From Chrysomallon squamiferum (taxonomy: Eukaryota; Animalia; Mollusca): 64,000 nucleotides of DNA. The stretch is from NCBI GenBank assembly GCA_012295275.1, contig CM022670.1, positions 28,954,001-29,018,000 of the forward strand, read 5' to 3'. A program made the position numbers and the translations under genes. How positions within the stretch are numbered: the stretch's first letter is position 1; each line of letters opens with the position of its first letter. Of the stretch, positions 42,430 to 58,126 are shown one piece after another. The notes under the pieces were generated by a model. The model worked only from the letters and a program-made list of their open reading frames with translations. It did no database searches and was not told where the DNA came from.

Positions 42430-43356
42430 ATGAGAGAGGGAGGGATCTGTATGACGCTAGAGCTTTTTTATTTAGCTTATCAATTAATCACAACTACATT
42501 TTTAATTTACTACCTGTAAGCTGATTGACAACAAACTAGTAAAGTATTAGTAGCACAATTATTTCAAAGATAAATATTAATAATATATCTTAGCTTTTAA
42601 CTAATAGCCTAATTAGTTATAATTAAAATATATCTTCTTTTTTTTTTGTATTCTGTTTCGTATTATCATGATTTTTATATTGCTTATCCATTTTAAAATT
42701 AATTTAATAAAAAATTCAATAGGCAGTGGGGTTTTATCTGGCTTTTTGTGTGTGTTTTTGTGTGTATGTTTGTGTGCATGTATGTGTGTGTGTATGTTTG
42801 TGTGCATGTATGTGTGCATGTATGTGTGTGTGTGTGTTTGTGTGTGTGTTCTTATCGTGTACACCGTATTTGATTTCAGTAAAGACAAGAAGTTCACACT
42901 TACATAACAGAAAAACAAATAATAAAAGAGTCAGTCAGCGCATAAAGAATATTGCCCGCCATTTTCGCAGGCCTATAAGTTTACAAATGAACTTCGAGGA
43001 GGCAATTAAAACTGTGTAGGTTCACAATGAAGATTAAATCAGTTCTCACCTCGCCACAACAACAATGTGTTAAGAAAGCGTGAAATTTGAGGTCTAGTAT
43101 GTTGATAAAGATAAAATCGGTTTTCTAACGGGATGAGAAAGAAGAAAAAAAAAAGGATCACCTACTGGCACGAAATGGCGTATCGAGTGTGTGAGTTTAA
43201 CTTGTTTCAAGGGCGGGTCCGATACTGGGTGACTGGAGATTTGCAAGAACAAGTTAAAAGATTGAAGCATCATTAGGTTATGAAAAAAAATGTTCAAAAA
43301 GAAATGAATTTAATTATTACAATAATGATAATAACGACAATAACAATAACAACGAA

Positions 43357-43425
<69 letters not shown>

Positions 43426-43590
43426 TACTAATACAACAACAACAATACCAAAGATAATGTCAACAACAACAACAGCTGCAACATAAACAATAATAATTTT
43501 TAAAAATCAGCTGGTCACCACTCTCTAAATGTTCCAATTTTAAAACAAAAACATTTTAAATTAAAAGAAACTAACAGCCTCACTTCAGCG

Positions 43591-43942
43591 CACACACACA
43601 AACACACACACACACACACAAACACACAAACACACACACAAACACACACACAAACACACAAACACACAAACACACTGAAAACACACAAACACAAAAGCAC
43701 ACCTGACACACGCCTGAAACGCACACAAACACACAGGCACAAACACACAAACACACACAAACACACAAACACACAAACACACACACAAACACACAAACAC
43801 ACACACAGCAAACACACACACACACACAAACAGCCACACACACACACACACACAAACACACTGGCCACCTACCACACACAAACACACGCCACACAAACAC
43901 ACAGGCACACACATGCCTAAAGCACACACACAAACACACACA

Positions 43943-44016
<74 letters not shown>

Positions 44017-44237
44017 GGCACACACACACAAGGCACACACCTGAGCCTGAACACACACCACAGAGCACACACACACACAGAGCCACACACACAGGCACTG
44101 AGACACACACACACACACAGCCACAGACACACACTGGGCCACACACACAGACACACGCACACAACACACACACAGGCCACACACACACACACACGAGACA
44201 AACACACACACAAACACACACACACACAAACCACCGC
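43591..44237. repeat. Long irregular (CA)n tract abutting the assembly gap
   Basis: CA run with many irregular interruptions, ending at the Ns. Confidence 0.93.
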
Positions 44238-44437
44238 NNNNNNNNNNNNNNNNNNNNNNNNNNNNNNNNNNNNNNNNNNNNNNNNNNNNNNNNNNNNNNN
44301 NNNNNNNNNNNNNNNNNNNNNNNNNNNNNNNNNNNNNNNNNNNNNNNNNNNNNNNNNNNNNNNNNNNNNNNNNNNNNNNNNNNNNNNNNNNNNNNNNNNN
44401 NNNNNNNNNNNNNNNNNNNNNNNNNNNNNNNNNNNNN
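44238..44437. other. Assembly gap (200 N)
   Basis: Exactly 200 Ns; the round number suggests a scaffolding spacer of unknown true size. Confidence 0.99.
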
Positions 44438-45623
44438 AAACAAATTGTAAAAATCCTGGGAGTGCTAAAGAAAACTTTTTTGCGTCGCCTTCGTGTGTGT
44501 CTGAACATTTTAATGGAATTTAGACTTAAAACAAACTGAAAACCTCACAGCGTCTTGTTCTTAGTTTGTCCAAACATTCTTAGCTGGGTTCTGAAATGCA
44601 TATTATTGATAAAACTAAATTTAAAATTATTATAATTTAAATTTTTGATTATGTAAATGTCGGTTTTATCTGTTGTGAAAATATTTTGTTTGGATAAAGT
44701 CACTGATATAATAATAAAAATTAATAATAATAATAATAAATACTGTTTAACGACTATATATATTTATATACACACACACATATATATAATTACATTTAAT
44801 GAAATGTTTGTCGTTCATATGCATCTAGAGTTTCATAGGTATAATTATTCGCCTAAAATATTATTTTAAAACCACATTCATAGACAACAACAAAAAATGA
44901 AAATAAAATGAAAAGTTCATCGTTTGATTATGTAAATATTCCGTTTATTAAAATCATCTTTTTTTAATTTTATTTCTTTTTTTTTTTTTAGTTTTTGTTA
45001 TGAAAGACCAATTGTATGAACTTTCCGTTAAAAGATTTTTTCTTTGTCTTTTGTAAGATATTTTTAATACTTGAACTAGGAAATAATTGCATGAAGTGTT
45101 TGTTTCTATCAACGTGACATTTTTATTGCTCAAAACGAAAAACATAATTGCACAGTATTTTTGTCTTAACAAAGGAAGTGTTTAATATTTAATAAAAGGG
45201 GGAAAACATTTTGCCTAACTGAAACAATAATATTTTGTTACATAATTATTAACATTATTATAAAGCATTTTTTTTCTTAGTATATGTTTTGTAACAAAGA
45301 AAACACATTTTTAACTTTTTATAGTAACTGATGGGTGCGTGATATTAATCCTATAATTTAAAAACCGCGTAAAACACTTTTTATTAAAAACCAACAAGTA
45401 ACAATCACGTGATCGCCACAAAGAACAGAGTGAATAATTAAACCTATCATGGACGATTTTATAAAGAATTTATTTCTGAGAATATTTTTAAATCATTATA
45501 ACAAATAGTAGTTTTCTGATTATTATTATTATTATTATTATTATTATTGTTGTTGTTGTTGTTGTCATTTATTTACTTTTTTATTTACCTATTTTTTATT
45601 TTTTATAGGAGAAAGTTGTTTGC

Positions 45624-45715
<92 letters not shown>

Positions 45716-46320
45716 TAATCTATCACACCGACAGACAAGACAGAGAAAGATAATTAACAGAGAAAAAAGTGAGTAACTCGTGGGTATAAAAAAGAAACAA
45801 AGAGAGAAAGTAAAAGTAAACAATATCCGGTTCTTGCTGGTTTGTCACACAGAGAACAACGTGATGTTTAATTACACCAACATATTCGAGTGAAACCTGC
45901 TGAAAACCACCTCACGGAAGAGTTAGCACAAAAAACACGTGATTAAAATTAAGTCACGTGCTCCATGCTAACGATAACAGGCAATAGTAAAAAATTCGAC
46001 AATTTATGTTACTTTGTTCAGTTTATTCGTTTTGGTAGAGCACAGCTCTGGGGAATATTTGCGCTTCCTTTTTTTTTTTTTTTTTTTTTTTTTAAGCAGA
46101 GCAAAGCTGTAAGAAATAAAAAATACTGCTGAAATCATTTTGAAATGCTTTTTGTATTCTTTCAAACGTTCCTATTTGAACAAGGTTGCAGCAACCAGTA
46201 CTCATGTTCACATAGCCTGAACGTGACTGACTTTACGTACACATAACCAGTCTGTCAAAGCTTTATAACAAAACAACACACACACACACACACATAAATG
46301 AGTGTATGTATGTGTGTGTT

Positions 46321-46455
<135 letters not shown>

Positions 46456-46616
46456 TGTCAAACTTCGGTAATTCGAGAGAGAAAACAATCTCGAGTTTCA
46501 GGATGTTAGATTATTCACAATTTAAATATTCACTCCAGATGGACGAGTAATGTACGTTTCTTATTTCAAGAAACACAGTCTTTCTTATTTATTAAACTAA
46601 GTAAATAACAAAATAA

Positions 46617-46647
<31 letters not shown>

Positions 46648-46933
46648 GTTTGTGTGTGTGTGTGTGCCATATTCACCGAATATGACAAATCACTTAACAT
46701 CGTGTCTGACTGTAAACATGTTGTTTAGGTTCTTTAAATCATCAATAAAATAAACATAATTTTGTTTAGTTCATTATTCCAACACAGTGTACAACATGAC
46801 TCACAGCTATTGAAAATAGTTGTAAATTATTTATTTACTTACATTGACACAGATTCTGTGCTGAATGAAAGCATTATAACTCGCTAGCTGTTTTCTCTCT
46901 CGTTCTTTTTATAATCTTCCCATATCCTCTTTC

Positions 46934-46972
<39 letters not shown>

Positions 46973-47373
46973 AGAGAGAGAGATAGACAGACAGACAGAC
47001 ATACGTAAACACATATATACTCAAATTAACATACATATATGTGAGTGTGTATATCTATATATATGTATCTATACAGATAGACAGACAGTCAGCCAGACAT
47101 ATAGATAGATATACACACATACATACAACATATATACCTACAAACAAACATAAATACATATACACACCAATAAATATGTATATATTTAGAGAGTTAGTAA
47201 TTAATTTCCACAGGCAAAACATGGCATGTTTAGTACAGAGAAAGACTGGTGGATTTTATATATTATTTTTGTATGTATTGTTAGTAAGGGTTGTTTTCCA
47301 ACGACCATTAAAACAATGAAATTGCGTTTATTTGGCCGCTATAACTTTTTGTCAGTTACGAATTTAATTTAAT

Positions 47374-47404
<31 letters not shown>

Positions 47405-48212
47405 CTGCATTTTGATTCAGTAAAGATCCTGAAAATAATTATATTAAGGCCTTTCTTAAGCATCATCGCACATTATTATTAAATAGAGCTTGGTTAAACA
47501 ATGAATAGCGGGGTCATACAAGGACACATTCCATTCATGCATACTTACAAACGTACATACAAACATACATATACAAACCCTAACGGTCTGCCAGAGGAAA
47601 AATCATTTATACAAAGTACAGTTAACAATGAAAGAACTATAAAACTAAAGAAAGACAAATGTCTTTGTTGTAATTTATTACTGTACAAACTGTCGTTGGA
47701 CAGTCGCGTGCTTGTAAGTGCAGGTAAAAATAACACTAATTTATAGCTTGTGTGACTTTACATCCATTTAATACTCCGTTATTACTTATTTAGGAACGAT
47801 TCTAGCTTTTTTTAGTGGGAAATTTTTATTTCCAGTTCTAAACAGAAGCTGTAGTATGTGGTTGTAGCTTAAAGAGTTCAGCCATTAGATGTGATCGATC
47901 ACGAGATGAATTGTTCGTAACTGAATGATTTTCCCGTTCCAACACCCTACCTAAGATAATCAGTTTTTGAAGGTGTGGTGTGTACTTTCCTGCATGCGTA
48001 TAAAAGATTCCTTGCTGCAAGTACACATAATCATAGTTTGTTGCCAAATACATTGTGATTCCTCCAGATTTAAGCCAGAAATATGAAATGTATGAAAATA
48101 ACAGATAACAATAAAATAAATAAAATAATCAGTATACTTCTATAGTATCCTTATACAAATAAAAGATTAGCTTTATTATACACATAAACAGAGGTAGCCT
48201 ATACGGACAGAC

Positions 48213-48314
<102 letters not shown>

Positions 48315-48672
48315 GATTGTTTTCACTGTGTTACTTTACAAAATGAAATAGTATGTAAATTAAAGTACGAACAAGAATTTTTTATAAAATTATTACAAAG
48401 CCTGAACATGTAAACATGAGCTTGTATTTGTGGGCATGTAAACACATGTGTAGCTTATTAGTCATGTTCAGTGAATGACTGACTGACAGTTTTGTACTGA
48501 CTCTTCTATACGTTTATTTAGTTGTTTACCGTTATTATTCAGCCAAGACAAACCTGTTATGATTTTCTCACAAACTATTTTGATTTAATACATTTTATTA
48601 AGATCGTGAATAGTGAAATCTTTGTTAATAAACGTTATTGAAACATTACATGATCTGTCTCTGTATTAAAAT

Positions 48673-48722
<50 letters not shown>

Positions 48723-51458
48723 CACACACACACATATATACATATATATACATACGTACACACATACAACCGTGATATATACAGAATATATGTTTCAGTT
48801 TTGCAAATTTAGATCGTTTAGTTCACACGATACCCTAACGCTGTGTTTTGTGAAGTGACAAACATCAATAAATGTATTCTCAATGTAAACAAAAACAGTG
48901 GTGACAATAACAACATGTAGACTGATAAGTAGATAGTGTGTGTCACGTGTTTTATACCAGATTGGCAAAATCATTACTCATTTCATCAGATATCTAAGAA
49001 CTGACAGCGGATTTATACAAAAGCGTGCAAATCGGTTTCTTTCTTTTTCTCATTATTATTATTATTTATTTATTTATTTATTCTTTTGTTATTCTTTTTT
49101 ATTATTTTCATTGTTGCTATTGAAGTTGATGTTGCTGCTGCACCTTCTGTTATTGCTGCTTTTGTTGTTGTTAGTATTACTATCGTTGTCATCATCGTCG
49201 CTGTCATTTCACCTAATGACGATACTACCACCACTACTGCTACAATAACAACAACAACAACAACAACAACAACAACCACACTAATAATAATAAAATAATA
49301 ACAAAAACAACAACAACAACAACTACAGCAATAATGATAATGCTGCAGCTGTTTCTGCTACTATTACTACAATTAGTTTTATTATTGTTGTTGTTACTGA
49401 TGTTTTATTCGTGATTTTATTCGTGCTTGTGAAAATCATTTAAAATTATATGGACCCGTTTATTTTTATCCCAAAAAAAAGTATTTACAATATTTTTATG
49501 CTGCATATCGTTATAGTATTGCTGCTTAATTACTTTCATTACTGAATCGCTTTGTTCATTTGTAAGTCTAATTGTGTCATTCTCGCGTGACCAAATAATA
49601 ATGACGTCACTGAGTTAATAATCTTTGAAGCAGAACAAACGGACATGGCTTCAAGTGGTTTAAGTGCACTTAGAATTATGTGCAGATAGTATGTCGTAGT
49701 TTTCTCAAACGGTAATGTAAGATATATCAAGGACATATTATATACAGTTAAGTTACATATTCTATTTCACAATTTACTGTTAATTATCATAATTTATTAT
49801 TATAACAGGAACATATAAATTTTATGTCATAGTTACATAACGTCCCTTATAATCGACAGTTAGATCTTTATATTATGTTATGATTTAAACTTACATGTAT
49901 GTGTTTTATATAATTTGTCTTGCTTTACATAATGTCTTGTTGATAATGTGTATATTTAAGATGGTATGTGTGGACAGGACAGCGGATGGACAGACGATGA
50001 ACATGGAGACAGACAAGCAGAGACAGAGGGACGGTGGTGGCGGGAGCGACACAGTGACGAGGAAAGAGAGGCAGCAAGAATAGAATGTGGACAGACACAC
50101 GTACACAGCAAGCTATATTCCTTCTTTTTTCTTTTTCTTTATTATTTTCATAATTAGTACCATTCAACTAAGAAACATAACTCGCATTAAGCAGTTGACT
50201 GTGTAGAAAAATAACTAAATAAATTACATGCTCTACACAATACAGATATATATCTATGATTCTGGACATCTGGAGATGTTTTTCTTTTCTTTTTTTCTTC
50301 TTCCTTTTCCAGCTCATTTATTTTAGCTATTTACTATATCTGTCTGAAAAAAGCCGGGATTGGCCAACGGATACAAGTTACTGCTTGTAAATGTGGCCTC
50401 TCCTAAAATTCTTCACGTGCACATTTAAAACAAACAAAAAATAAGAAAAAAAAAATTGTTTAGTTAGGTATTATATACACTTAATTGAAAACAAATGTTG
50501 GTGGTAATAAATGAACGAATGAATGGATATCTTGGATGAATTGGTATATGAATGAATGAATGAATGAATGAATGAATGAATGAAGGCATGTATGATAGGA
50601 TGGTTATGTATATAGATGGATGGATAAATCATAAATGAAAGAACGAGGGAATGAATGAACTGATGAAAGAGTGATGAATTGATAGATGACATGAATAACA
50701 TGAATGATAGGACTGATGAAAGAATGAATGAATAAATTGTGAATGAATGAACGAATGAATGAATGAATGCTTAAAAATCCATGAACTGATTTTTATATCA
50801 ACTGTTATTAGACGTCGCCATATTCTCGCATGGTTAGTTATAAGACGGAAAAACAATCACGCTACGGCCACTCTAAAAACGACACTTTTCAGCTAGTAGT
50901 AAGAAATATTTCATATAAAGCTGAAAGCAAGATCTCCGTCAAACAAGCCGCCATACCTCAACTGAAACAAGGAACAGCTCAGTGGGCACTTTATGAAGAT
51001 CTATACTGGTGTGATGGAGATGGTGAGGGTATTATTATGCGATGACGATGATAATGATGATGCTTTTCTTTATCGTCTTATTTATTAATTTTATTGTTTC
51101 TTCTTCTTCTTATTCTTATTGTTGTTATTGTTAATATGATTATTATTATATCATCGTTATTATTATTGTTGGTGGTGTTGCTGTGGTTGTTTCTGTTGTT
51201 ATTCTTTTATTATTGATGGTAGTGTTGTCGATATTACTATCTTTATGATCATAATTATCATCATCACTATTGTTCGTGTTGTTATTATTATCATTGTATT
51301 TTTTGTTTTGTTTGTGTTATTATCATCATCTTCTTCATCATCATCATCATCTCATCATCATCATTATTATTGATACTATTAAGATTATTATTATCTTTAG
51401 CATAATAATTATTAAAAAAAACCCATCATATTCCTTACACATACACTCATACATACAT

Positions 51459-51489
<31 letters not shown>

Positions 51490-52669
51490 TATATATATAT
51501 ATTTATAAAGAACTGTTATACATATATACACGTAATCAGAACAAAGCCAGTGAAACGTTTATCGCATGTAGTTTGCTTTCTAAACAATGATCTAATTCAT
51601 CAGGCATGCTTCGCCTTGGGGTATTCAAAGTGACACCGAAATACGGCCAGTTTAATGGTGTTAATTTTTTATTATTTGACAGATATTTGCTAATCTAGAC
51701 GATTATAATGCACATAAATCTTAACTCATTTGGGAAAACGCCTAGTTTGATTGTGTGCTGTATCACACTGATCATTTAAAAGCATTCTCAGCGGGAGGGT
51801 GCTACTTCATTTTTTAAATTAGTATTATTAGTAGTATTAGTAGTAGTAGTAGTAGTAGTAGTAGTACTAGTAGTAATAGTAGTAATAGTAGCAGTAGTAG
51901 CAAAGTAATAGTAGCAGCAGCAGTAGTAGTAGCAATTGTAGCAGTAAAAATGTTCTATTAATTATTTTATAATCAGACTTTAGTTAATTATTTATATTAA
52001 TGTAATAGTAGATATGGTTAGTTTTATAATAATCACAATAACTATTTCCTTCATCATTATCAACCTCATCATCAGCATCATCATCATATTCGTGTTATTG
52101 CTCTTTCTGCTGTTTCTGTTATTATCATTACCAGTATATATTTATTTAATTCTGCTGCGATTACTGTCCTTTGGGATATTTATCATCTATAACACAAAAT
52201 TCGTATTATATCATCTGTATACTAACATAAATGGTAATTTATTTCCTAAAATCTGTTGTTTGTCCCATAAAGACTGTGATGCAATCATGTTTATATAAAT
52301 ATACATATATACACGCACAGACAAACACAGACACACTAACTTAAATGTTAAAATTATTTCTAAAAACCGTGGTGTTTTCTGTAAAAAGTGTAGGATGCTG
52401 TCATGTCGAGGACTAGGGTAGCAGGAGATACAGACCGGCGTAATTCACCACGTCACTGGTGGTGTAATGCAGTTAGTTTCTGATACTTTAATAATGTCCC
52501 GCTAGAAAACATGTTTCTAATTTTCCAGTGATTCAGATAAGAGAGAAAAGACTTGATTTATGGCTTTTGTTCTGTAACTAGAACATTTGGATTCTGTTAC
52601 GTTTGAAAAGATATATTGATGTCATATAATTTGTTTAACTGAATAAGCAAAAATCAATATGTTACAGTG

Positions 52670-53040
<371 letters not shown>

Positions 53041-53487
53041 CCACACTAAAACGTTATTATCCTTGCTTTCAAGATTTATTTAACATTTCAGAATCCTAAC
53101 TGCAGTCATTCTTTCCATTCTTAAAGTACAATATTTATAAACAGGTTAGAATTTTACGTAACAAAATTAATGTCTTAAAAAAATATCTGTGACATGCAAT
53201 AACGGTAACTTAGGAATATTCAAGAGATTTTTATTTTTGTAAGCGTCTTGAAAAAAATGATCAATAGGCAGTCTGTCTAAAATGATTACAGAAGCGGCCA
53301 CTTATCTTGAGAGAATCACTTCCCAACACAAAGAAAACATCAGCTGCAGGGCAGTAACGAAACAAAATGCAACGAGTCGCTGTCTTATTAATAATAATAA
53401 TATATATTCATTTATATATCTCCACATACACCAAACAAGAAAAAGAAAAAAGAAAAAGGTCTCATACCATATTAATATAAATTAATG

Positions 53488-53524
53488 CAATAATAATAAT
53501 AATAATAAAAATAATAATAATAAT

Positions 53525-53564
<40 letters not shown>

Positions 53565-53801
53565 TTAATAATAATAATAATAAATATATTAGTAGAAGCA
53601 AAAGCAGGAGAAGGACTAAGAGTAATAGTAATAGTAATAGTAAAACTGATAGTAGTAGCAGTATTAGTAATAGTACTCTAGTAGTAGTAGTAGTTGTAGT
53701 AGTAGTACAAGTAGTAGTAGTTGTAATAGTAATTGCAGTAAGTAGTAGTAGTAGTAGCAGTAATAGTAATTGTAGTAGTGGTGTTAGTAGTAGAAGTTGT
53801 A

Positions 53802-53835
<34 letters not shown>

Positions 53836-53850
53836 GAATAACAATAATAT
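53488..53850. repeat. Compound (AAT)n/(TAG)n trinucleotide repeat
   Basis: Direct reading. Other (AAT)n/(ATT)n runs at about 36765-36830, 39339-39403, 39720-39774, 43357-43423 and 55940-55993; (TAG)n at about 51820-51945. Confidence 0.93.
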
Positions 53851-54606
53851 TGAAAAGAAGAAGAAGAAATAGAAATTAATGAATGAGAGAATATGTGAGT
53901 AACCAAATCTAATATAATCTATTCTGTTCTATTCAATTCTATTCTTTTTCTTTTTTTTAATTCTGTTCTGTTCTGTTCTATTCTGTTCTATTCTTATACT
54001 GTCTAATGCAATCCAATCTAATTAAAATCATTTATAATTCAACGAATTAGAACTGTAATGGTTTAAGTCACGGAACATTGATTGAGACGATCAATGTTTA
54101 CGTTTTAAATGTATAAGTTTTAAATGGGGTTGAACACAAAAATATAAAGCAGAATTGTATTGGGATTTTTAGTTATACACGAATGACACGATTAACTCCT
54201 CTACACTTTTACTAAACTAATTTATTAGCATTGTATTAGTATTGTTTGTCGTATGGTCCAATCTAATATTTAAATTTCTTTCGGTGAAATCACTTACTTC
54301 TCACCTCTTCACATCTGTGACACAAATCATGGAACCAGGGATTAATTCACAGAATCGAGTTAGCACTGATGAAGTTATAAATATTATAGTCAGACTGTGA
54401 CAGAAACGATAGTGTAAGGTTTAGTATCCAGTACAGAAGTGCATTATTTGGTATTTTTATCTTCAGCGGTAATTTTTGATTTGAAAGCACATTTCTCTTC
54501 TTTTAACAACCAGTTTTCTCAGAGTAAGTATGCAAGACATTTTTATGATAACAGGTTTTCAACTAGCAGTATCTTTGCATTCGTTCAAGATGGAAATAGT
54601 TAATAT

Positions 54607-54642
<36 letters not shown>

Positions 54643-55938
54643 AAAGAAATAAAACACAAAACGTATGGCATAAGGAATAGGAATAGTTACTTAACTCAGC
54701 ATCATAAAGATGCTAATTAAAACATGATTTGATGTTCAGGGAAAACAGTTAGTGAAATGTAAGAAGCAATATGAAATAACTAAAATATAAAAGAAAACAG
54801 ACAAATATTTTCAAGTCCTTCACATGTTTATTTATTTAAGATGAAGCGACATAAAGATAATCACATTATTCACACTGAATGACAACAAAGATTATGTACA
54901 ATTATTGTTCATGACACATTTATTCATTTTACATTTTCTATTAACAAAAGTTTACAATGTTTTGTGAAAACCGGTCAAACCACGGCGCCATTTACAAAAA
55001 TAAAAAATTAAAAGTAATTTAAAAATTAAATGAAAATAAAAAAATTTCTTTTACAGAATATCATTTACAGATACATTCAATAAGTGATTTAAGAAAACGA
55101 AAATCAGTATTAAAAAAAAATAAAGAAGAAGAATAGATAATAATATAACATCCAGATAAAAGATGTGGTTGGGTTAGTAAAGATCTGAATTTCAAACCAA
55201 GATTAATTCTTTAATTATTATACCGTACAGGGTTAACCATCTGGATCATAATTATGTAATCAGACTGAGGATAACTTTCTGAAAATTGTTTTCCTTCTGC
55301 CTTAATTTGTGACAAAAATCAAAATCCTATAAACTACAGAATATTACTTTGATTTGCAAAGACTAGCAAGAGGAAAAGGACAGAAAAAATATAAATAAAT
55401 TATCACCATTTGAAATATAACTATGATTATGGCAACAACGTCTTGTTATTTTTACTTTTTTAATAATAAATTACGGATAATTATAATAATAATTATGATC
55501 AATAGGATTATGTCATAATTTACTATTATTAACAGTGAATGTTATAGTTTAAAAAGTTTAAATTAAAAAGTACAATTTTAAAAAAAGTCATGCTAGAAAA
55601 AAAATATATTTATTAACAATTGCCAAAATTTTCCAACACTTAAACAAAATATTTTGTTCCATGTTCTCACTATTTTAAGAAAAAAAATAATAATAATAAA
55701 AAATAATATAAATGTACAAAAAAAAGACAATTGTATTTTCGTGTGTGCGTACGTTTCTTTGTGTTCTTATTAACAATAAAAACATAATATGTAACTGCTT
55801 TTCTAGTTATATGTTGTTTATCACATCAGTCTGAAGGTTTACATCAAATGTTTTAGTTCGAAGTAAAAACGAGTTGACTGGAAATTGCGAGTCCATCACG
55901 TTTCACACAAATTATTGGAAACAACACAAACAGAAAAC

Positions 55939-55998
<60 letters not shown>

Positions 55999-56539
55999 AT
56001 GTTTACGAAACATGAAACACAATTAACACACAAAAAAATTACGTTTTGTTCCACAAAACCAGCAGTAAAAATTGAATATTTTGGATTTGTCATAATTTAT
56101 ATAAATCTATAAAATTTTCCTCTTTTTTTTCAACTTAATTTATTGCCCAGGTAACTATTGTTTATTCAAACAATATTCGTCGTACGGTTTTGCTAATACA
56201 ATACTAACAATTAATTTACTAAATAAATTAATACACTACTGAATGTGAATGTCCTAACAGCATTACCAAAACGTGATGTATGCAGAGCTGTTTGCATTTG
56301 TCGTACCACTGTTCATTTATATACAATGTAAGAAATAGTTTCTTTGTCTTATAATATGTTTGCATGACTAAAATGATATATAATAATGAATAAACTCGGT
56401 ACATTGTTAGAATTATCAACTGGCACCCTTACAGACATCAAATATATGCACGCACACAAACACTCACATACAGTCATACATATGTAAGTACGCAGATAAT
56501 ATACCGTCAAATACATAATGTACTTACATATATACATAA

Positions 56540-56632
<93 letters not shown>

Positions 56633-58126
56633 TTGTATTGTCAAAATACGGAAATGATGACAATGATTTATAAATAGAATGAAAGTATTTATAGCTTACA
56701 TTGTCGTACAGTAGACACATTTCTGAAGTCTTTTCACGGAAAAACAAATGTATTCACCCAATTAAAATAAACTTAGTATTTAATCACAAAACTAAAATAA
56801 ACACACCCTTACATCATACTAATAAAATAAACACAGACTAATGTTACGTTAATGTAATATAAGTCCTAATGTCATCACAAATATTTCACTAATTACTGCA
56901 ATAAACAGGAATTTACTTTTGTACAGATGGTGGATAATGCGTATGTATGTCTGTTACGTCATACTCGACTTGGATTTGGCCTTTAATATTACAAACAGTT
57001 CTAAAGAAAAGCTGACGTTTACAAATTTCTGAAGCATCGTTTTGTCTGACGACTTCTTAAGATATCGGTTGTATGAAAATAAATTAATGAAATACTACAA
57101 AGAAAACCTACATACACAAGACAGTTTGACAACCGCACTAAAACAAAACAAGTCGGTCACCGGTTCTGGCGCAAACACAAAGCTAGTGTATTCCTCAGTT
57201 ACGTATGTATTTATAAAGAGTTAGCTAATCGCCCCATTTCGTTTACATGTAATTTTCATTAAGGAAAAAAAAAGTAAAAAAAAGTAAGAAATTTGTTTTT
57301 AAGATAAATATCTGTAAGAAATAAATACATAATTTTTTGTTGTTTTTGTTTAATTTTGGAGCCAAAGCAGTGATTTATGTTCTGGAAATTTTTAATGGAA
57401 CCGAAAATATTACTACTTAATTGTAGTTAAGTTGTTTATACAAATATCTCTCCAAACTTAATAAATACTAAACTTTAAATAAATAAATAAATAAATAATA
57501 AGGATGAGGATAACTTGGACAGTTTCTTTTTTGAGGATAAAAGTTTCTGAATTCGATTTATTTATTCTATTTTATTTTATTTTACTTTTTGTTTTTCGAA
57601 ATGTTTAAGAAGCAAGATTTCTCAATATAAATAATTTATGGCATTACAGGGATGTTTGATTCCAAAAGATATATATATATATAAGTATGGTAATAATTTA
57701 ATATGGTTTGTCTATGGATCTTGACGCGGTAAGTCGGCGCCATGTTTGCTAAATATATTTACATTATTTAAATTACATGTTAATATGTGGTCTGTTCTAT
57801 ATCTCCTCTGTCAAATCTCTGTTTATATGTTTTTATCTGGTTAACATGCCACATGTCAGTCATAATCACGAAAATCCATAACCTCACTCAAGAATTCGAC
57901 GGATACTTTATCAGTTTCGGTTTCTCTCTTTCGTAGCTTTTTATTTTTTATTTTATTTTTAACGTATAGTAACCCAGTCTGGAACGTGTTACCATGGTGT
58001 CAATCTTTCTGTTAAATGATATTCCACTTATCGACATTCATAATTCCATATCTCAGACATTCTTCATACCAGTAGCAAATTATCGTGTCACAAAAATAAT
58101 AACGTCACACAGGTAAAGTAATGATC

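Noticed and set aside
41776-44508. Long Cys/Val-rich ORFs (up to 307 aa)
   Set aside because: Translations of (TG)n/(CA)n repeats and of the N gap.
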